A stretch of DNA of 64,000 nt from Squalus acanthias (taxonomy: Eukaryota), in NCBI GenBank assembly GCA_030390025.1, contig JASTWF010000034.1:4030001-4094000 (forward strand), in the 5' to 3' direction. Under the pieces are notes generated by a model, which was not told the origin of the DNA, did no database searches, and was given only the letters and a program-made list of their open reading frames with translations. This document shows positions 11,942 to 23,371 of this stretch, one piece after another. The first letter of the stretch is position 1. Every line of letters starts with the position of its first letter. Both the position numbers and the translations under genes were made by a program.

Positions 11942-12763
11942 AAATAACAACAGAAAACGCTGGAAAAACTCTGCAGGCCAGGCGGCATCCGTGGAGAGAG
12001 AAAGAGAGTTAACGTTTCAGGTCGATGACCTTTCATCAGAACTGGGAAGAGCCGGGAATCAAATAGATTTAAGGCCAGGGTAAAGCTGGGAAAAGGGGGA
12101 GGGGATAAAGGAACAAAGGTGGAGATGAAGAGACATTAAGAGACATTAAGAGATATGCAAGGCTAGAGGTGGTGTTAATGTGACAGATTAAGGCTGAATG
12201 AAGTGTGAAATCCACTGGCAGAATGAAGGACAGCTGCCAGCTTCTAGGAGGAAAAAAAAGGTGGGGGTGGAACAAATAAAAGGGTGGATAAAATAAAATA
12301 TAAATGTGATTGGAGCTGAGGTTATGATCTAAAATTGTTGAACTCGATATTGAGTCCAGAGGGCTGTAGCGTGCCTAAACGAAAGATGAGGTGCTGTTCC
12401 TCGAGCTTACGCTGAGCTTCCGTGGAACAGTGTAATAGGCCGAGGACGGTGAGGTCAGAGTGGGAGTGAAGCGGTGAATTAAAGTGACAGGCCACCGGGA
12501 GCGCGGGGTCCCCCTTACGGACTGAACGGAGGTGTTCCGCAAAGCGGTCACCCAATCTGCGTTTGGTCTCCCCAATGTAGAGGAGTCCACATCGTGAGCA
12601 GCGAATACAGTATACTAAATTGCAGGAAGTACAAGTAAATCGCTGTTTCACCTGGAAGGGGTGTATGGGGCCCTGGACAGTGGGAAGAGGGGAAGTATAA
12701 GGGCATGTGTTGCATCTCCTGCGCGTGCACGGGAAGGTGCCGGGCGAAGGGGAAGGGGTGCTG
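11942..12763 (-). mobile_element. Penelope-like element, 5'-truncated: GIY-YIG endonuclease + pLTR
   Basis: ORF 12322-12651 NLVYCIRCSRCGLLYIGETKRRLGDRFAEH..EQHLIFRLGTLQPSGLN; 8-bp TSD ggtatcag at 11934-11941 and 12764-12771. Confidence 0.92.
12007..12043 (-). ncRNA. Minimal type I hammerhead ribozyme motif
   Basis: reverse complement: agtt-CTGATGA-a-aggtc-atc-gacct-GAAA-cgtt-aact; perfect stems I and II. Confidence 0.75.
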
Positions 12764-12827
12764 GGTATCAGGGCAGGTTTAGAAAGTGGTTAAAAAAGCT
12801 TTCGGGATCCTGGGCTTCATAAATAGA

Positions 12828-13259
12828 CATGACGTGATCCGGACTCGAGTCGTCGTTGGCTTGTTCACAGATGTGATTCCCAGTAAAAAAGTAAAAATTT
12901 TCCCAGTAAAAAAGTAAAAATTTTAAAGCTTTTCGTTTTACATACAGACGGCAGCTTTTGACACGTTAGAACCCCTGCGACTGCACCTCATTGTCTCAGT
13001 TGTATCTTGCTATGTCTTTGATGTGGTACCTTCCTGGCTGACTTGATTAACTTTATCACACCTCGGCAGATAGTCAGGATGATTCAATTTAGTGGTCTGC
13101 AATTGTAAGGTACACATGCTTTGTTCTCTATCTATATATGCTTTGGCGATTCTGTATCTAATTTACTTCACCTGAGGAAGGGGCAATCGATAGCTCCGAA
13201 AGCTTGTGATTTCAAATAAAACTGTTGGACTATAACCTGGTGTTGTGCGACCTCTCAAT
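12828..13259 (+). mobile_element. Penelope-like solo pLTR (related to 8894-9771)
   Basis: shares ..aaataaa..ctgttggactataacctggtgttgtgcgac tail; 12-bp TSD ttcataaataga at 12816-12827 and 13260-13271. Confidence 0.85.
13168..13209 (+). ncRNA. Minimal type I hammerhead ribozyme motif
   Basis: tcac-CTGAGGA-a-ggggc-aatcgata-gctcc-GAAA-gctt-gtga. Confidence 0.7.
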
Positions 13260-13479
13260 TTCATAAATAGAGGCATAGAGTTGAAAGCAAGGATGTTATG
13301 ATGAACCTTTATCAAACCCTGGTTCGGCTCAGTCTCTCGGAGCCGCACTGTGCATGCTCTGCGCACTAAGGCGATCTCTTGGGGCTCTGCCCTCCCCGCG
13401 CCTGCGCGCCTTCTGATGCAGATAGGCCTTATTCTGCCGCGCAGAGCACTCTGGGTAGTATAATCCACCATTTGTCTTT

Positions 13480-13998
13480 CACAGAATAAGGCCATTCTGC
13501 CCACTGAGCGTGTGCCGGCTCTTTGGTTGTGCTAAAAATGGTTCCAGTTCCCTGCTCATCGCAAGAGCCTGAAAATGTTTCTCTCCAAGTATTTATCCAA
13601 TTCCCTTCTGAAAGTTTCTATTGAATCTGCTTCCATCACCCTTTCAGACAGTGCATTCCAGAGCATCATAACATGCTGTGTAAAAAAATGCTTCCTCATC
13701 TCGCCTCTGGTTCGTTTGCCAATCACTTTCAATCTATGTTACCGACCCTTCTGCCACTGGAAACAGTTTCTCCTTATTTACACCACTATTAAATCTCCTC
13801 TTAACCTTCTCTGCTCTAAGGAGAACAAGCCCAGCTTCTCTCCACGTAACCAAAGTCCCTCATCCTGGTATCATTCTCTTCAATCTCCTCTGCACCCTCT
13901 CGAAGGCATTGACATCCTTCCTAAAGTGTGGCGCACAGAATTGAGAACAATTCTCCAGCTGAGTAGTAACCAGTGTTTTGTAAAGGTTTAGCACAACT
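13480..13998 (-). mobile_element. CR1 3' portion, degenerate
   Basis: reverse complement of CR1 RT C-terminus (ttgttctccttagagcagagaaggttaagaggagattt) and tail. Confidence 0.75.
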
Positions 13999-14024
13999 AA
14001 ACACCAAATACTGCTCGACCGCGC

Positions 14025-14125
14025 AACTCTGTTTCTCTCTCCACGGATGCTGCCTCGCCTGCTGAGTTTTTCCAGCGTTTTCTGTTGTTATTTCTTATTT
14101 CCAGCATCTGCAGTATTTTGCTATC
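14025..14125 (+). mobile_element. Penelope-like pLTR tail fragment
   Basis: aactctgtttctctctccacggatgc..ctgagtttttccagcgttttctgttgttatttc; reverse complement of 11942-12010. Confidence 0.75.
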
Positions 14126-14617
14126 GTACTGCAATTTCTGTGATGGGTTTCGAAGGGCAAGGCTAATCCAGGCAGTTGGATGTGTGAATGATAACTTGAG
14201 CTGAAAGAAGCACATTTGGAGCACAGAGCCATGGGCACTCAGTTCAGTTTATGAATTGGATCATGTTTCTCTAATTGTATTTCCTAACTCAGAATCAAGG
14301 CTTCATTTCGTTTCTTCCTCTGAGCCCCTGAATCTCATCTGGCAGCATAATGTTGGCGAGGGGTGATCCATTTCCCTGGGAAACAACAGGAAGAGAGCTC
14401 AGAGGCCGGCGGGCCAAAGGAGCAGCGTGTTCTGCAACCAATCGCGGTGCTTGAGTCTGCCAGTCAGGTGAGTCAGTGTGAACCCCTGTTAAACAATTTA
14501 TCTTTTAAAAGTTAAATCGAGATTTTTTTTTGTCCAGTAAACAGTTTAACACTTGTCAGAATTTTGTTTTCCTGGAGTTCCTATTATGAGTTTCAGACAC
14601 TTCAGTGCAAAGTGGAC

Positions 14618-14882
14618 CATAGACTAATAGAATGGTTACAGCACAGAAGGAGGCCATTCGGCCCGTCGAGCCCGTGCCGGCTCTTTGCAAGTGCACTTCA
14701 GCAAGTCCCACCCCGCCCCGCCTTTTCCCCGTAGCCCTGTGTTTGTTTTCCTTCAGGTACTTAGCTAATTCCCTTATGAAAGCCAGTTAGTTAAACACGA
14801 TTTGCCTTTAACAAATCCGTGTTGGCTTTCCTTAATTAATCCACACGTGTCCAAGTGACTGCTCATTGTGTCCTGGATTATC
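14618..14882 (-). mobile_element. CR1 3' end and adjacent RT fragment
   Basis: same tail as 1733-1888; then ttaaacacgatttgcctttaacaaatccg (QHGF..GKSCL region, reverse complement). Confidence 0.75.
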
Positions 14883-15094
14883 GACCAGTTGTTTAAAGGC
14901 CATTCATTTCTCTGTTTCCATGTCACTCTTAGTTAAAGGTACAGAGATTGATTTCTGCTCATTATGCATCTATTTGTGATATTTAGAGGGGCAATGACTT
15001 ACGTTTCTGCACATTTAGGAGTTAAACTAAAATCCTTCCTGTTAGTATTGAGTCACATTCTGTACTGGGAGAGACGGCTGGTGGTTTCAGCCTT

Positions 15095-15325
15095 TAACAT
15101 TCTCATAATCTTGTTCAAATCCCTCCATGGCCTCGCCTCTCCCTATCTCTATGACCTCCTCCAGTCCTATAACACTCTTAATAAGGAGAAACTGTTTCCA
15201 GTTTCAGAAGGGTCGGTAGTCAGAGGACACAGATTTAAGGTAATTGGGGAAAGAACCAGAGGTGACATGAGGGGAACATTTTTACCCATCCTGCTGTTAT
15301 GTCCTGGAATGCACTTCCTGAAAGG
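15095..15325 (+). mobile_element. L2 fragment joined to CR1 3' fragment
   Basis: FNILIILFKSLHGLASPYL (cf. 1325-1390) then KEKLFPVSEGSVVRGHRFKVIGERTRGD. Confidence 0.65.
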
Positions 15326-15507
15326 CTGTGCTGCTCCCCATGGTCGAAATTCTGGCAGCTCACTGTATGGGCTCACAGCTCAGAATTACCACTTGACAAG
15401 GTACTGGAGGGCAATGGTGACTGGGGCCGATCCCCACCGTCACGCAGCACCTTCAGCATAGGCTGGTACAATTATACAACAGATATTTCCTCTACAGATA
15501 AGAAGAA

Positions 15508-15858
15508 ATAAGAACATAAGAAATAGGAGCAGGAGTAGGCCATTCGGCCCCTCGAGCCTTCTCCGTCATTCAACAAGTTCATGGCTGATCTTCTACCTCA
15601 ACTCCACGTTCTTTCACTATCCCCATATCCCTTGATTCGTTTAATATCCAAGAAGTTTTGATATCTGTATTAAATATACTCAACGACTGATCCTCCACAG
15701 CCCTCCGCGGTAGTGAATCCCAAAGTTTCAGCAACCTCTGAGTGAAGAAATGTCTCCTCATCTCAGTCCTAAATGGCCGACCCTTATTCTGAGACTGTGA
15801 CCTCTGGTTCTAGCTTCCCCAGCCAGGGGAAACATCCTCCCTGCATCAATCCTGTCAG
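15508..15858 (-). mobile_element. CR1 3' end
   Basis: aagaacataagaaataggagcaggagtaggccattcggcccctcgagcc; MRRHFFTQRLLKLWDSLP. Confidence 0.85.
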
Positions 15859-16224
15859 ATAATGAAGGACCTGCAGTGTGTTTCCAGGAATTCCCTGTTT
15901 TATTGACGTGTTAGACACCAGGATTACTAAAAATGCACGGCCCGGAACATCCACGGGATTGCGATCCTGTCAGTTATTCTGGGATCACTACTGCTCCGGA
16001 ACTCTACCACTCACCCTGCTGAAGGAAGTAGGTTCAGGGAGTGGGGCCCCCAGGAGTGGACTGTAAGAAAGTTGGGGTTCGGTAGCCTGACAAATATATG
16101 GCGAGGAACCAGAGCAATCCTTACTAAGGCGCCGGCTGAGGTTTTAGCGTAGGTCTAGGCGTCGGTTGAATCATTCCTGACTCCCCGAGCTGTCTTACAT
16201 TGAACCCAATTCAGATCAACATGG

Positions 16225-16600
16225 ATTCAGGCTACAGGAGAATAGGGAAAGATATCACCCTCAATTGAGGGAGGCAAAAGCAGCCATTAGAGAAGCGAAG
16301 AGATCTTTGACAAAGAAGATGCTGAACCATTGTGGTAATAATAGCAAAAGCTTTTCCAGCGACGTCAGGAGTCAGAAGACCGTGAATGATGGTTTAGGGT
16401 CACTGAAAGACAGTTCAGGACAGATTGAAATAGATTCCCAGGCTCTGGCAGAGTTGTTAAATGACTATTTCATACCAGCTTGCACTCCTGTGGATGATGC
16501 TCAGATTCCAGCTGTGGGATGTGCTGTCGACAATAACATCATAAATATTAAAATAGAACGGGATTGTCATCGTGGGTAAAATAGGAAATCTGAAAATGTC
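16225..16600 (+). mobile_element. Old CR1 ORF2 fragment (EN-RT linker)
   Basis: IREAKRS..NNSKSFSSDVRSQKTVNDGLGSLKDSSG..ALAELLNDYF. Confidence 0.65.
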
Positions 16601-18375
16601 TCCGCATTTGCCTCTGTCTGTGTCACGCATTATATGTCTCGCCCCAGTCTGTTTCCATCCGTCTCTCTCGCATCGGTCTGTCTCCCCGCTGGCTCTGTCG
16701 TTCTCTCTCTCTATCTCCCACCATATGTCTCTCTCTGTCCTCCCCCCGTCTGTTTCCATCAGTCTCTCAGACCCTGTAATTCTAATCCTGGTCTGTTTCC
16801 GGTTCCTACTCCCCAGTATGTCTCTCTTACACTGGCCCGGATATTCCTATTCCTACGGGGGTGTACGCGCTGTGTACATGCGCTGAAAACCGGCATTTCC
16901 GATCTGTCAAGAATGCTCCCAATGGCCCACGTGATCCCAGGGAGGCTTGCGAACCGCATGCGCCCCTGGGATACGTAGGCCCTGTAGACTTGGAGTTCGA
17001 GAGTCCCAGCATCGCAACTATACGCACCTTGGCAGCCCTCAGGTATGTGCGCAGATTTTTTTCCAGATCGGAGGCTTTCGCATGCGGGGAGCCTCCGATC
17101 GGATAATACAGCCCACTATCTCCCGCGCCTGTCTTCCCCGTCTGTCTCCCACCGTCTGACTCTCTCTTTCACTCACCCCAGCTGTCTCCTCAGCTGGTCT
17201 GTCTCTCCTTCTGGCCCCCACCATCTGTCTCACCCCCGTCTGTCTCCGCCTATCTGTTTATCTCTCTCTATCTTAAACCTGCCTGATTTTTCTGTCTCCC
17301 CGTCTGCCCCCTACCGTCCGTCTCTCCATCTGTCTATCTCTGTGTCACCCACCATCTGTATCCCCCCAGGCTGTCTCCATCTGTTTCCCTCCCCGTCGGT
17401 CTGTCTCCAACATTGTATGTCGCTCTCTCCCTACATCCCACCGTATGTCTTTCTCTGGCCCTTTGCTGGTCTCTCTCTCTCTATCTCCCACCGTATGTCT
17501 CTGTCTCCAACCCCCTGTCCGTCTCTCTCTCTCTCTCTCTCTATCTCCCACCGTATGTCTCAACCCGTGTCCGTCTCTCTCTCTCTCTCTATCTCCCACC
17601 GTATGTCTCTGTCTCCAACCCCCTGTCCGTCTCTCTCTCTCTCTCACTATCTCCCACCGTATGTCTCTGTCTCCAACCCCCTGTCCGTCTCTCTCTCTCT
17701 ATCTATCTCCCACCGTATGTCTCTGTCTCCAACCCCCTGTCCGTCTCTCTCTCTCTCTCACTATCTCCCACCGTATGTCTCTGTCTCCAACCCCCTGTCC
17801 GTCTCTCTCTCTCTCTCTCTCTATCTCCCACCGTATGTCTCTCGCTCTGTTCCCCTGTTGGTCTTTCTCTCTCTCTATCTATCTCCCACCGTATGTCTCT
17901 CTCTCCATCCCCCTGTTGGTCTCTCTCTCTCTCTATCTATCTCCCACGTATGTCTCTCTCTCCATCCCCCTGTTGGTCTCTCTCTCTCTCTATCTCTCAC
18001 CGTATGTCTCTGCCTCCAACCCCCTGTCGGTCTCTCTCTTTCTTTCTCTATCTCCCACCGTATGTCTCTCGCTCTGTTCCCCTGTTGGTCTTTCTCTCTC
18101 TCTATCTCTCACCGTATGTCTCTGCCTCCAAACCCCTGTCCGTCTCTCTCTCTCTCTCTATCTATCTCCCACCGTATGTCTCTCGCTCTGTTCCCCTGTT
18201 GGTCTTTCTCTCTCTCTATCTATCTCCCACCGTATGTCTCTCTCTCCATCCCCCTGTCGGTCTCTCTCTCTCTCTATCTCTCACCGTATGTCTCTGCCTC
18301 CAACCCCCTGTCGGTCTCTCTCTTTCTTTCTCTATCTCCCACCGTATGTCTCTCTCTCTGTCCCCTGTTGGTCTC
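16600..18375. repeat. CT-rich low-complexity/compound minisatellite (tatctcccaccgtatgtctct..ccaaccccctgtccgtctctctct)
   Basis: pyrimidine-rich tandem units with variable (ct)n. Confidence 0.9.
16834..17114. mobile_element. Harbinger-type MITE (short relative of 43998-44759)
   Basis: ggcccggatatt...aatacagccc imperfect TIRs, 3-bp TSD act; shares aaaccggca(t/c)ttccgat and ggcccacgtgatcccag with 43998-44759. Confidence 0.7.
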
Positions 18376-20750
18376 ACTGTAACACTCTGACGTACCCCAC
18401 ATCCCTCACTGTAATACTCTGATATAAATCCACACCACTCACTGTAACACCCCAAACACGCTTCTGTAATTCTGATATACATGGCGCTACTCACTGTATC
18501 ACTGATATAACCCACACCCCTCATTGTAACACTCTGATATAAACCACACCACTCACTGTAAGACTCTGATATACCCAACATCCCTTACTGTAACACTCTG
18601 AGATACCCCACACCCCTCACTGTAACACCTTGATATACCCCACACCCCTCACTGTAACACTCTGATATAAAGCAAACCCCTCAATGTAACACTCTGATAT
18701 ACCCCACACTCCTGACTGTAACCCTCTCTTACATACATCAACTCTCTTAATGTAACACACCGTTATACCCCATGCCCCTCATTGTAACACTCTCTGATAT
18801 ACTGCATACCCCTCGCTGTAGCACTCCAATATACCAAACACCCCTGACTGTAAACCTGATATACCCGACACCCCTCACTGTAACACTCTCTGATATACGC
18901 CATACCCCTCGCTGTAACACTCTGATATACCCGACACCATTCAGTGTAACACACTGATATAATCCCGATCCCCTGACTGTAACACTCTGTTATACAACGC
19001 AACTCTCCCTGTAACACTCTGAGGTAACCCACACCACTCATTGTATTACTCTGATATAAACCACACCCCTCACTGTAACACTCTGATGTAATCGCACGCC
19101 CCTGACTATGATATTCTGATATACCCCACACACCTCTTTCTGCAACACACCGATATACCCGACAGCCCTCACGGTAACAACATGATATACCCAACACCCC
19201 ACACGGTAACACTATGATATATCCCTTACCCCTCGCTGTACCACTGTGATATACCCTACATCACTCACTTTGACACTCTGATATACCCCTCATTTTAATC
19301 CTCTCGTACATATCCCAAACCTCTCACTGTAACAGACCAATATACCCCACGCGACTCACTGTAACTCTCTGATATACCCCATAGCCCTCACTGTAACTCT
19401 ATAATATACCCCACACCCCTCGCTGTAAAACACTGATATATCCCACACGACTCACTCTAAGACTCTAATATACCCCACACCCCTCGCTGTAACACACTGA
19501 TATATCCCACACGACTCACTGTAACTCTCTGATATACCCACACCCCTCAATATAACACTCTGATATACCCCACACAACTCACTGTAACACTCTGATATAC
19601 CCCACACCCCTCACTGTAACACTATGATATACCCCACACAACTCACTGTAACACTCTGATATACCTCACACCCCTCACTGTAACACTCTGATATGCCCCA
19701 CATCCCTCACTGTAACTCTCTGATATATTCCACACGCCTCGCTTTAACACGCTGATATACGCCACATGACTTACTGTAACACTCTGATATACCCCGCACC
19801 CCTCACTGTAACACACTGATATACCCGACACCCCTTAATGTAACAATCTGATATAAACCCACACCGCTCATTTTATTACTCTGATGTACACCACACCCCT
19901 CACTGTAGCATTCTGATATAAACCCACTCCCCTGACTATAACCCTTTGATATATCCCACACACCCCTCACTGTAACACACCGATATATCCCACACCCCTC
20001 ATGGTAACACTCTGATATACCTATCACACCACACGGTTACACTCTGATATAGCCCACACCCCTCGCTGTAACAATCTGATATACCCCACTCACCTCCCTT
20101 TAACACTCTGATATATCCACATCATTCACTTGAGCACTCTGATATAACCCTCACTTTAATCCTCTTACATAACCCAAACCTCTACTGTAACGGACCGATA
20201 TACGCCCCTCACCTCCCTTTAACACTCTGATATACCTCACACCCCTCAATGTAAAACTGTGATTTACCACACACCACTCACTGCAAGACTATGATACACC
20301 CCACATCCCTCACTGTAACTTTGATTAGCCCACATCCCTCGCTGTAACACTGCGATTTACCCCACACTCCTCACTCTAACACTCTGATATACCGGACACC
20401 TCTCTCTCTAACTCTCTGATATGGCCCACAGCCTTCACTGTAACACTCTGATATACCCCACACGACTCACTTTAACTCTTTGATATACCCCACGCACCTC
20501 ACTGCAACACGTTGATAAACCCCACACCCCTCACTGTAAAACTTTGATACAGCTCTCACTGTAATCCTCTCTTACATATCCCAACCCCCTCACTGTAACA
20601 CTCTGATACACCCCTCATTGTAATCCTCTCTTACATACTGATAAACCCCACACCACTCACTGTCACACTATGATACATGCCACACTCTGGGCTGTTATTC
20701 CCCACAGCACTCACTGTAATACTAATATTTTTCCACACCACTCACTGTTA
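18375..20750. repeat. Diverged ~32-bp satellite (cacccctcactgtaacactctgatataccc), same family as 1888-3115
   Basis: degenerate tandem array. Confidence 0.9.
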
Positions 20751-21074
20751 TCACTGCCACTTTAATCCCATGGGCTTCAATTTTGGTAATATGTGATACT
20801 TTATCAAGCACCTTTTGTAAGGATAGGGGGATTGGGAAAGTGTGAGTAGTATCAATCATACAACGATAGAATTGGAGATCCAAGTGTTGTTGACAATTTG
20901 TTTAGCGTACTTGACGCCCCGCTCTGATCACAGGCCTTATCTGGTTTCAATCAATGAATTATAAAATCATTGATTTTAATCCTATTTTATTATTTCTATG
21001 TATTTCTTCTCAGGCTAGGGGTGACGCTGTCAAGGCCGGTATTACTTTCCCATCCCTAGTTCCCCATGAGAAGA

Positions 21075-21541
21075 GGGCATTTACTGGAATGGTACCAGAG
21101 ATGAGACGTTTCAGTTATATGGAGAGACTGGAGAAGCTGAGATTTCCCCCCTTCGACCAGGGAAGGTTAAGGGGAGATTTAATGGAGTTGTTCAAGGATT
21201 TGGACAGAGTAAATAATGAGGAACTGTTTCCAGTGGCGGAAGGGTCGTAACCAAAAGACAAAGATTTAGGATAATTGGCAAAAAACCAGAGCGAAGCTGA
21301 GGAGAATGTGTTTTACGCGGCGAGTTGTTATGATCTGGAATGCACTGCCTGGAAAGGTGATAGAAGGAGATTCAATAATAACTTTAAAACGTGAATGGGA
21401 TCAATACTGGAAGTGAGGGATTTGCAGGGCTATGGCAAAAGGACAGGGGATTCGGACTAATTGAATAGCTCTTTCAAAGGGCCGGCACAGGCTACATGGA
21501 CCCAATGGCCTGCTTCTGTGCTGTATGATTCTATGATTCTG
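21075..21541 (+). mobile_element. CR1 3' portion
   Basis: FTGMVPEMRRFSYMERLEKL..RLRGDL; tail tgctgtatgattctatgattct. Confidence 0.85.
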
Positions 21542-21689
21542 TGAAAAAATAAGGCATTGAGTCCTTATCTCATGTGTAAATTCGAAGTTCTGCAGTTTTT
21601 GAGACAGATTCTAATTGTTACTTGTAATCTGATAGGGGGAATCAGAATTGATTTCCCACTCACCCTCAGTAACAATCCAAGCAAGTGAG

Positions 21690-23371
21690 TGCGAAAGACA
21701 AGGCTGAAGCGTTTTTAACCATCTTCAGTTAGAAGTGCCGAGTGGATGATCCATATCGGCCTACTCCTGAGGTTCCCACCATCACAGAAGCCAGTCTTCA
21801 GCCAATTCGATTCACTCCACGTGATATCAAGAAACGGCTGAGCGCACTGGATACAACAAAGGCTGTGGGCCCCGACAACATCCCGGCTGTCGTGCTGAAG
21901 ACTTGTGCTCCAGAACTAGCCGCGCCTCTAGCCAAGCTGTTCCAGTACAGATACAACACTGGCATATATCCGACAATGTGGAAAACTGCCCAGGTAAGCC
22001 CTGTCCACAAAAATGAGGACAAATCCAATGCGGCCAGTTACTGCCACATTAGTCTACTCTCAATCATCAGCAACGTGACGGAAGGTGTCATCGACAGTGC
22101 TAGCGGCACTTACTTACCAATAACCTGCTCACTGATGCCCAGTTTGGGATCTGCCAAGACCACTCTGCTCCCGACCTCATTACAGCCTTGGTCCAAACAT
22201 GGACAAAGGAGCTGAATTCCAGAGCGAGGTGAGAGTGACTGCCCTTGACATCAAGGCAGCATTTGACCGAATGTGGCATCAAGGAGCCCTAGTCAAACTG
22301 AAGTCAATGGGAATCGGGGGAAAACTCTCCACTGGCTGGAGTCATACCTAGCAGAAAGGAAGATGACTGTGGTGGCTGAATGTCAATCATCACAGCCCCA
22401 GGACATCGCTGCAGGAGTTCGTCAGGGCAGTGACCTAGGCCCAACCATTTCCGCTGCTTCATCAATGGCTTCCCCTTCAACATAAGGTCAGAAATAGTAG
22501 TGTTCGCTGATGACTGCACAGTGTTCAGTGCCAATCTCAGCTGTACAGATAATGAAGCAGTCCATGCCCGCATGCAAAAAGAGCTGGACGACATTCAGGC
22601 TTGGGCTTACAAGTGGCAGGTAACATTCGCGCCACAGACGTGCACGGTAATGACTATCTCCAACAAGCGAGAGTCTAACCACCGCCCCTTGACATTAAAC
22701 GACATTACCATCGCCGAATCCTCCATCATCAACATCCTTTTGGTCACCATTGACCAGAAACTTAACTGGACCAGCCACATAAATACTATGGCAACAAGAG
22801 CAGGTCAGAGGCTAGGTATTCTGCGGCGAGCGTCTCAACTCCTCACTCCCCAAAGCCTTTCCACCATCTACATCTCACAAGTAAGGAGTGTGATGGAATA
22901 CTCTCCACTTGCATGGTTGAGTGCAGTTCCAAGAACAATCAAGAAGCTCGACACCATCCAGGACAAAGCAGCCCGCTTGATTGGCACCCCATCTACCATC
23001 TTAAACATTCACTCCCTCCACCACCGGCGTTCCGTGGCTGCAGTGTGTAACATTTACATGATGCACTAAAGCAATTCACCAAGCCTTCTTCGGCAGCACC
23101 TCCCAAACCCGCGAACTCTTCCACCTAGAAAGACATGGGCAGCAGGCGCATGGGAACACCACCACCTCCAAGTTCCCCTCTAAGTCACACACCATCCTGA
23201 CTTAGAAGCATATCGCCGATCCTTCATGGTCGCTGGGTCAAAATCCTGGAACTCCGTAGCTAAGAGCACTGTGGGAGTACCTTCAACACATGGACTGCAG
23301 CGGTTCAAGAAAGCGGCTCTCCACCACCTTCTCAAGGGCAACTATGGATGAGCAATAAATGCTGGCCTTGT
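21690..23371 (+). mobile_element. CR1-group LINE, 5'-truncated, frameshifted RT
   Basis: KAVGPDNIP..ISLLSII..MFADDCT..MEYSPLAW; tail cttctcaagggcaactatggatgagcaataaatgctggcc. Confidence 0.9.

Larger units (their letters stand above)
11768..13330 (+). mobile_element. CR1 RT-region fragment split into three pieces by two PLE insertions
   Basis: MHFGRKN..EQRDLGVYMHKSLKV (11797-11940), resumes 12764-12827 and 13260-13330. Confidence 0.8.

Noticed and set aside
17045..18422. Long ORFs of 325-445 aa
   Set aside because: Open in all three frames because CT-rich repeats lack stop codons
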